In this document: positions 56,201-64,000 of the stretch, in pieces | Numbering within the stretch: the stretch's first letter is position 1 | How the letters are laid out: the number at the start of each line of letters is the position of its first letter | Source of the DNA: Nemertoderma westbladi | Taxonomy: Eukaryota > Animalia > Xenacoelomorpha | Length of the DNA: 64,000 nt | Assembly (NCBI GenBank): GCA_032718475.1 | Contig: JAUCBJ010007667.1 | Span: 1-64,000, forward strand | Direction: 5' to 3' | Translations under genes and position numbers: made by a program | Notes under the pieces: model-generated | What the model saw: the letters and a program-made list of their open reading frames with translations, nothing else | Databases searched by the model: none | Told to the model about the DNA's origin: nothing

Positions 56201-58144
56201 GTTATCTATCCAATCTACTCCGATCTATATTGATGTATTATAGATCACCAACCTGTTATCTATCCAATCTACTCCGATCTATATTGCTGTATTATAGATC
56301 ACCAACCTGTTATCTATCCAATCTACTCCGCTCATATATTGCTGTATTATAGATCACCAACCTGTTATCTATCCAATCTACTCCGATCTATATTGATGTA
56401 TTATAGATCACCAACCTGTTATCTATCCAATCTACTCCGATCTATATTGCTGTATTATAGATCACCAACCTGTTATCTATCCAATCTACTCCGCTCATAT
56501 ATTGATGTATTATAGATCACCAACCTGTTATCTATCCAATCTACTCCGCTCATATATTGATGTATTATAGATCACCAACCTGTTATCTATCCAATCTACT
56601 CCGATCTATATTGATGTATTATAGATCACCAACCTGTTATCTATCCAATCTACTCCGATCTATATTGCTGTATTATAGATCACCAACCTGTTATCTATCC
56701 AATCTACTCCGCTCATATATTGATGTATTATAGATCACCAACCTGTTATCTATCCAATCTACTCCGATCTATATTGATGTATTATAGATCACCAACCTGT
56801 TATCTATCCAATCTACTCCGATCTATATTGATGTATTATAGATCACCAACCTGTTATCTATCCAATCTACTCCGCTCATATATTGATGTATTATAGATCA
56901 CCAACCTGTTATCTATCCAATCTACTCCGATCTATATTGATGTATTATAGATCACCAACCTGTTATCTATCCAATCTACTCCGATCTATATTGCTGTATT
57001 ATAGATCACCAACCTGTTATCTAACCAATCTACTCCGCTCATATATTGATGTATTATAGATCACCAACCTGTTATCTATCCAATCTACTCCGATCTATAT
57101 TGATGTATTATAGATCACCAACCTGTTATCTATCCAATCTACTCCGATCTATATTGATGTATTATAGATCACCAACCTGTTATCTATCCAAACTACTCCG
57201 ATCTATATTGATGTATTATAGATCACCAACCTGTTATCTATCCAATCTACTCCGCTCATATATTGATGTATTATAGATCACCAACCTGTTATCTACACGA
57301 ATCTACTCCGCTCATATATTGATGTATTATAGATCACCAACCTGTTATCTACACGAATCTACTCCGATCTATATTGATGTATTATAGATCACCAACCTGT
57401 TATCTACACGAATCTACTCCGATCTATATTGATGTATTATAGATCACCAACCTGTTATCTACACGAATCTACTCCGATCTATATTGATGTATTATAGATC
57501 ACCAACCTGTTATCTATCCAATCTACTCCGATCTATATTGATGTATTATAGATCACCAACCTACATACAGCATGGGGCTAAGTAGGCCTACATATTTCCT
57601 CTTCGACCGATAAACTTTTCTTGCACAACATCCTACAGCCAGATGTTGCGCAAAAAGAGTGGCTTAAGTGAATGAGCATAATTTAAGATTTAATAAAAAT
57701 ACTAACAAAATGATGTTTGTAAATTATCATTTTGATGCTTCCAATTAATTTTGATCCTTTGTTTTACTTTTAGTGGCTGGCTTGTATCTCTTAGATCTAG
57801 ACGGTCTAGTAGTATCATTATTCTAGAAGCTCTTGCTTAGGGTACCATTTTGATCATGGCTATGATTTTAAGTTCTTTGGTATAGGTTTTCTCTCTTTCT
57901 TTCAATGCTGCTACTGTAGTAGGTATCACGTATCACCTATCACATTTGATATGCCCCCCCCCCCCCCCCCCCATTACCTTTGGTATGTTTTACATCTCGC
58001 CCATATCACCAACTTATGAGCAAAGAATCTCGTTTCTTCGGGTCCAATTATGAATATCAAATCGGAAGAATCGTGGTTGCCTAGGAGATGTCTAAGGTCC
58101 TCGATTAGAGTTCGGGTACCGCAGCTCAATTTCTCTTCGTTCAT
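5029..58144 (-). CDS. BTB/POZ-BACK-TLDc domain protein, 7 coding exons, 471 aa (whole gene span)
   Basis: Manual splicing gives exon lengths 167+179+218+227+256+182+187 = 1416 nt = 472 codons including TGA. All introns are GT..AG with compatible phases (2,1,0,2,0,2). BTB motifs: SDLIFIIG...FFAHKLVIWARC and FGQVLQYIYTGSIEL. BACK motifs: LSVDNAC...LLQSDELSLEEADVWRCTLKWA...HIRL. TLDc motifs: WRLLYRASREG...FHSSCDG...ICGGF...SFIFSL...FGPVFGAG.DL...YEVF. Confidence 0.92.
5315..5730 (-). other. Candidate alternative (stop-containing) cassette exon in intron 6
   Basis: Tandem acceptor tttatttAAG|AAG|A, in frame with exon 6 and with ORF 5466-5726. Consensus donor TAG|GTAAGT at 5314. More GC-rich than the roughly 100-bp AT-rich flanking intron pieces. 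Confidence 0.5.
5843..6024 (-). CDS. Exon 6 (TLDc core); correct frame not in the ORF track
   Basis: Acceptor cactttctAG|GGT. Encodes GANGNICGGFSDIPWTNQTSVRGKYMASKASFIFSLINGDCIPPTKFPVKNHKHAVCHHP. Donor TAG|GTTAGT, phase 2. Confidence 0.9.
6473..6728 (-). CDS. Exon 5 (linker and start of TLDc domain)
   Basis: Acceptor ctccAG|G. Encodes RYKLAALPPG...WRLLYRASREGYTAAAFHSSCDGQSPTFVVIL. Donor CTG|GTGAGT, phase 0. Confidence 0.9.
6995..7056. repeat. Short degenerate repeat, AAAAATATAGGG x3, in intron 4
   Basis: Three copies of aaaaatataggg within about 60 bp. Confidence 0.6.
7076..7302 (-). CDS. Exon 4 (BACK domain, second part)
   Basis: Acceptor attccctAG|CTA. Encodes LSLEEADVWRCTLKWACYQ...IPHIRLLLID...PMELTLE. 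Donor AAG|GTAAGG, phase 2. Confidence 0.9.
7412..7629 (-). CDS. Exon 3 (BACK domain, first part)
   Basis: Acceptor tttgtttattaaAG|AT. Encodes DLQTQCEELVETILSVDNACLLYSSALE...LLLLLQSDE. Donor GAG|GTGAGT, phase 0. Confidence 0.88.
8420..8598 (-). CDS. Exon 2 (BTB C-terminal half); absent from the ORF track
   Basis: Acceptor ttttctcctgtttacttacatttcAG|G. Translates (R)YGKELWGPQVRGQVATLKQETFDPDSFGQVLQYIYTGSIELSEANVFHCLTLGLELGLP. Donor CAG|GTTAGA, phase 1. In frame with exon 1 across the array. Confidence 0.9.
8635..57562. repeat. Tandem satellite/minisatellite array, 54-56 bp unit, about 48.9 kb, roughly 900 copies
   Basis: Unit GTATTATAGATCACCAACCTGTTATCTA(TCC|CACG)AATCTACTCCG(ATC|CTCA)TATATTG(A|C)T repeated head-to-tail in one orientation with no interruption that I could see. 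A degenerate partial unit lies at 8625-8634. Copy number is estimated as length divided by about 55. Confidence 0.99.
57954..57972 (-). repeat. G19 homopolymer (C19 on +) immediately after the intron-1 donor
   Basis: The sense strand reads AG|GTAAT followed by 19 G. Confidence 0.9.
57978..58144 (-). CDS. Exon 1 of BTB-BACK-TLDc gene (BTB N-terminal half)
   Basis: ATG at 58144 begins MNEEKLSCGTRTLIEDLRHLLGNHDSSDLIFIIGPEETRFFAHKLVIWARCKTYQ. Donor AAG|GTAATG at 57977, phase 2. An additional upstream exon cannot be excluded. Confidence 0.88.
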
Positions 58145-61100
58145 ATTAAAAAATTTAATATAAATAAATACAATAAATACATTCAATTATTAAGGTTACT
58201 TTACTGGACACACACGAGGAAAGCGACGAGAAAACGTGACTACTGTACATTGTAGGTAAGTAGGCAGAGAGGCCTACATAGTCATACATTCATCATCACT
58301 ATTGCAACACATCTATCTATTGATTGATGATTCAACAGTTATGCACGCAGATTGACAAACCGCCTGTCAGAACAACATAATCACATTATTTGGGAGCGTT
58401 AGTTATATTGGATTGGAAGAGTATTACGCATGAATTCCGCGAGCATATACGGTCATTTAATTTCGTGTTTTTCTTAGGTATCTTGTCCTTTTACTGTCAT
58501 GTAGAAGACCTAGAAGACACTTAACGCGCGATGTTACAACTCAATCAGGTGCCATTACAGGAGCCATACAGTTTCATATTTAATCTGCGCCGAATGTCAA
58601 CACAATTGAGCTAGGCGGCCCCGACTACATTAAATATTTAGGTTTCTCAACGACTTCCGTGCGAATCATTGCACCGCTAGCTGACAGCTCCGGACCAAAT
58701 CTCATTATTCTTTAACGTAAATAATATATGAGAGATGGGATAGAGCAACTAGCAGAATCAGGTAAAATCTAATTAGCGCAACTAGGCTAAGAGTTGAGGC
58801 CGCCGCGGAAACACATTTTAGCGAAAATTCAATCAAATTATTCTTTCGCTCAATATCGCATCGCAATAGAATCACTATACAGTACAGTAGTAGGCCTATA
58901 CTGTACGTACATGGTACTGCAGAGCGGAAATACCTAGGATAAAATGTATTAACTCGCTACCTCACTGTAATAACAATATTGAGCCAGGTTGGGCTTACCT
59001 TACCGTAAAAGGTCTACATAATAGTTTAGTACTGTAGCTTTACTTTCATCCATATTAGATACAGTATGCCTACTGTATGTTGGTAATAATAATAATTATT
59101 AATAGAGTTTTTAATGAATTATTTTTAACTGTAGAGCCAATGAAATGACCAATATCTGAAAATATAAATTATCTACAGTAAAAATTTAAAAATACGTAGA
59201 TGTAGTAATAAATAGTGATTATGAATAATATTGAATAATGATGCTTTCGCCAACCCAGCGGTATCCTAACTTCTGCTGGCGTTGCTAATAAAGTTTGCGT
59301 ACTAGTCTTAGACTGTACGTTTCTACGTACATCCTTGGGAGTTAGTGTGGCGTCATCCCTGCATCAAAGGTAACAGCCAAGGGAGAGAGGAGCCTTCCAG
59401 GTTTATTAAACTGAATTTCACGACTAAAGAAAACGCTTAGTCTAATCTTATTACAGTAGTAGGAAATGCTCATGGGATATTGAGGTTTAAGAGGAGTAAA
59501 ACAATAATGATGGGCTTAATGTAAGAAAGTAGGCCAAGAGTATAAGTAGTCCATCAGGTCGTAATCACAACAATAAATCTTAATTACGAAATTATAAAAT
59601 CTGTGTGTTTTCGGAACAAAATTGAAAAAAGTCTAACAATTCTCACGCGATTCGACAAAAGTCAATTTTATTATATTTGGCACAGAACTAAGGTTTAAAT
59701 GACTCGCTAACTGACGCACCCATGACTCTACAGGCTACATAGTACGATGCAGTTTTCCTTGCCAAAACCAATTATAAATTCTATCTTATAAATTTTGCCA
59801 CGCCACCTATCGGTGGGATTTGTTTCTGAAATTGTATGCTGATGCAAAAAATTATTAGGCCTACCTGCCGCGCAATAACGTCGCCACTACTGCACAAATT
59901 ATACCGAATGAAAGAATGTGTTGGCTTAGTTAGCCGTCAAATTAACAATTCCTTGACAAAGATGAATTAATAAACAAGAATTATTAATTGTCATAAAAGT
60001 TCATTAAGCTGTCACAACAATCACACAATAAACACAGATTGATTGATTAAACATAATGGTTTGCAAGCAATGACGCTAATGGCTGCAAAGTCACAAAATA
60101 ATTCCTTTATGGCCCTGTATGTTTTTATTGTTTTTCTTGTAAACTGAAATAAAAAGGACAAAATGTCATAATCCGATTTCGTTACCAATATACAGTACTA
60201 CACAAGATCAACAAACAATAATATTATTGGTGGGCGGGGTACCGGGAATTAATTAGTAGGCCTATAATGAGAAAGACACGTGTAGTCCATTAATTCAGTC
60301 TGACCCTAAATGTTTTGGAAATTACACTAGCGTACAAGTAGCGTAGAAGTAGGCCTAACAATATATTATAATTCCCCTAAAATTCCACTATCAGAAGTTA
60401 CTGTAACTTAATTCGTAGCGATTTAATCCATTTATCCTTGAATTCTTCACGGAGGTCGTGTGTCGAGTCCCTCAAGTGGGCCAAACACACGATGAACGTT
60501 TCGTTATGAATGCTTTAAAGGGACTAGACACCGAGAGGGGTCATCTCTAACAGTTTCTTTTGGAGAGTACAGTTACTAAAATTCCGTCGTAAGAGAGTGC
60601 GTAATATCATATTTATCATCGTAAGTTCAATACTCTCACCTCAAGTAAACAAAATCAAGTATGCTTCTGCTAATTTCATAAAAATTACATTTCTATAGAA
60701 TACTGTTCTTGGTGTTGATGGGTTTTTGTGATTGTGAGATTTGAAATAATTCATTTGGAATGTTTGTTTGTACTGTAATTATGTATACTAAAGGAAAGAT
60801 GAGAAAGAAAATTATAAGTGATTTTTTATAATTGTTCCTGGGTATAATATTATAGATCGTCTCGATGGTAAAATCAATGTTCTTCCCCTATAATGTATTA
60901 AAACTTATTTAAGTTATCGCTTAGGTGATTATAGAACTGTAACCGGTGATACAGTATGGCACCGATTTATTGTTTTGGATAGAATTACCAGCTATCCTGC
61001 TCTAATTGTCGGGTGAAGATTAAACCCCTGGGAAGATTGCATCTAATAACTCATAACTCTATGATACACATATTATGGTACAAAGGTAAAACCGAGTATC

Positions 61101-63700
61101 ACCCTACAGAAAAAAACACATCAGATATTGAGCAGCTTGACCAGAGACATCAATCTGGAAATAATGGGGGTAATAATAAGTTTCGTTTATTGTTTTGGTT
61201 AGAATAACGTCAGTACAGTAGCTAACTCCATAAGGGTAAGAGTAGTGGAGAGATATTCCTACCGTAATATTCCAACCACCTGGATTAAGGTGCCATAGGG
61301 TGACACACAGTCACTGTCACTTCGATTTAGCACCTTGAAGCATTGAAATACTATAATTGATTTTCCCAGCCTAATTGGTAATAATATTCAAACAATGGTA
61401 AATCATAATGGAAGGACGTGGAATTAATAACCTGGTGATAAAAAGCAATGAGTTTATTCATAATAAACTCAATAGTGTTTTGTGTGGTGGATGGAAGATT
61501 GACAAGGCTGCCCAGGTGGGATTGTTTAATAAATCATACACTGGAACAATTAATTATGAGGCTTTATTGGTTGCTTGATTGATTGATGGAGAATAGAAAT
61601 AGATTGAGTTTGTGCACAAATGAAGTGAGACTGAAAAGGAAAACTTCGATTAAATTTTGAATAATAATAATAAACATTTTAATCCGTGTAATTTCCTCAC
61701 CGCTACTCTCAGAAGCCACCAACCCAGAAACCATAATTAACTTACATTTTAGTTAAAGGACGGGAAATCCAAATTGATAAATTGATTTCGCAAATAAGAT
61801 CATAAAATGAAATTAGAGATACATTAGTATGTTAGTGGTAATACCATCAGTGTGCTATCGTTTGTTTTGGTTCCACTTACCTATAACCTGTTAGTAACAT
61901 AACAGACACACTAAATCAATAATGGCTTATCTCTGGAGTACATTTAGTATCATATATAAGAAGAAACGGTAATTTCCATAAAATGTATAGATAATAAACA
62001 ACGTCACCTCGTGTCGTTTGTTCTGATACAATCACTATATACAACAAACCGGGGAGCCTTAATTATTACAGAGGAATGAAGATATACTGCAGAAGCGGCG
62101 TCGGGCGTGGCATCCATTCACGCACACAATCCAACGACAATGATAAGAAATTATTGAGTGGAATGTGAGAATATCGATATGAGACAGTGTGACGCCACAG
62201 GTGGCGCGGACAGTTCCTGGGATCAGGAAAGCTGATGAGACGTTGAGACTGACAATTACTCCCTACTCCGTAGCTGCATGGTGAAGTACTTCTTATAGAG
62301 TACTACTGTTGGTGCAAAAAGAATGTTTCGATCTCAGATAGATAATATTGAGTTTCTGCACAACACGGGCATATATGCCATCGATTCCTGTTTCTCGCAG
62401 TGTCGTCTCCATATACAGTAGATGCATATACTGTAACATAGCTTTGTTGTTATGTTTAAAGGGAGTTGCTAATAATATACATGTGATATAGGGCTGTCCT
62501 GTCCTGTCCGAGTTCGCTCGACCTAGTAGTAGTAGTATAGGGCTGTACGCACACATTAGCACTGGGAGTGTTCCCCAAAGAGCACATGGGAGATGCACAA
62601 ATACATTGGTAATGCCACGACCGTGGCTGGGCCAACACAATAGATCTCAAACAGAATGAGAATAATATACTCAAATAAAGGATGTCTGGCGATGGACAAT
62701 TTAGTAAATAAGAGAAGATAGTCTTATAACATAGAGGTAAAATAATCCGCGAAACGGCACCCAGTATAAACAAATACGAGTGGAATTCTGTGATAACGAG
62801 TATTTTACCCGGCGTAAAATTAATGGGTCACGGTTCAATGCTGTTTGACACTCGCGTTAGAGACCAAGGATGGCCCCAAACACGTTGTGGTTAATCCCCA
62901 ACCTAACAACGTTCGTTACAGCGGTTTATCGAGCGTGGGCAAGACAGCTTCGCAATGACATGCGTGAACGGAGTCTCCACTGAGGTGTAAACAACATTGC
63001 TATAGTTTTGGGAACATTGTTTTGTGTATGACTGCAGACCATCAATTGTACATCGACTGTTTTTGACAGCTACTCATTTTGATTGGGTTGAATTATATCA
63101 CTTTTTACCACTAATAATATACAGCGAATTTCCATTTTACCACCCGCTAAAGAGAAATTCGAGGAAAATGTGCATTGACATTACATTGTTTGCTTGGATA
63201 TTAATTGAAACATAAAATGAATAAAATTTGAAGCTTAGATGGATGGAAAAAAGGTTATCAAGAAATCAACATCAAATCTATGACTATCCTGTATGCGCAA
63301 ATAGAGACGGTTTAGATTGTTATTCGCATGAATCCAACATAATCATGGTTCGGACCTCACAATACTGGACTGCACCTGATGCATCTATGGAATGGCATGA
63401 ACAATCGCCCTACATCATCGTAAGTCACAGCTGCTAATTCCTTTATCTCAATGTCCTGCCACACAAAAAGCCTAGTAAATTCTTCGACAAAGGAACGGAA
63501 ATGTCATGGCTGTGGGGATTGCGTTAAGCCTTGTTTTATGCTGGATGTGATAACAACATCCCAATATTCCACACGACGTCAAGAACTCAAGATAACAAAA
63601 ACACGATTAAATATAGTTTTCCATGAATATTATTGATCCCAAAAAATGGAAAACTTCAGTAACCATACCCTACGCAGCATAAAGGGAAGTGGTGAGAGAT

Positions 63701-63722
63701 GGGGGGGGGGGGGGGGGGGGGG
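63701..63722 (+). repeat. G22 homopolymer
   Basis: 22 consecutive G. Confidence 0.9.
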
Positions 63723-64000
63723 AATCTCAGCCCAGAGAAATATTGAATTTCAAACGCTTAAAATTGGCGCCTGCATTCTATAATTATGAGATTGAGTATG
63801 CGAATGGAATATTGAATCGGAGTTGTGTTACTCTCTCTATGGTACAGTGGACGCGATGGATTTGGTGTCTTCGGCAGGAGAAATTACAAGGAGGCATTAG
63901 CAGTAATAATAATAACTGAGTTGACCCAGGAAACGGGATAGGAGTTGGGTAGTGAGTCACGGGCTGCATATCGATCACATAACCGGGACAACTCCATCTA

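Larger units (their letters stand above)
8599..57977 (-). other. Giant intron 1 (49,379 bp), about 99% tandem repeat
   Basis: Bounded by GT at 57977 and CAG at 8601-8599. It splits the BTB domain in compatible phase. The other introns are 109-790 bp. Confidence 0.85.

Noticed and set aside
11321-57276. Many + strand ORFs encoding (YYRSPTCYLSNLLRSILM/L)n
   Set aside because: By-product of runs of 54-bp units. They start at TTG, are broken by every 55/56-bp unit and are antisense to the host gene, with no sign of frame preservation.
8635-57562. CRISPR array or functional centromere/telomere
   Set aside because: There are no unique spacers or cas genes, and the context is eukaryotic. The array is intronic and flanked by genes, and centromere function cannot be inferred from sequence.
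58145-58186. N-terminal extension (MNVFIVFIYIKFFN) of exon 1 in the ORF track
   Set aside because: Non-ATG start in AT-rich UTR-like sequence. The ATG at 58144 is the plausible start.
58990-61885. Minus-strand donor-like sites (GGTAAG near 58995-59003, AG|GTAAGT near 61877) as 5'-UTR exons
   Set aside because: No matching acceptor or exon could be supported without transcript data.
61013-63978. Short ORFs at the right end, including 62293-62640, 62456-62773 and the poly-Gly ORF 63689-63919
   Set aside because: No recognisable domains or coherent exon chain. The poly-Gly stretch comes from the G22 run.

Overview
AT-rich eukaryotic (probably invertebrate metazoan) DNA, not prokaryotic. About 76% of the window (8635-57562) is one very homogeneous tandem array of roughly 900 copies of a 54/55/56-bp unit. 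This array lies inside intron 1 of an intact 7-exon minus-strand gene that I could splice by hand. Its exons are 58144-57978, 8598-8420, 7629-7412, 7302-7076, 6728-6473, 6024-5843 and 5215-5029. All introns are GT-AG with compatible phases, giving 471 aa with a BTB/POZ-BACK-TLDc architecture. Downstream is a single-exon ORF (2668-2054, minus) for a secreted, Cys-rich, probably GPI-anchored Ly6/uPAR-like protein, plus a probable non-autonomous interspersed element. The most notable points are: a satellite-inflated 49-kb intron; a 5'-splice-site-like motif in every unit on the pre-mRNA strand; a three-site binary variant code with local higher-order repeats; a candidate poison/alternative exon that would truncate the TLDc domain; and strong enrichment of TAGGCCTA and TACWGTA motifs. 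No database searches were run, so family calls rest on recognised motifs.
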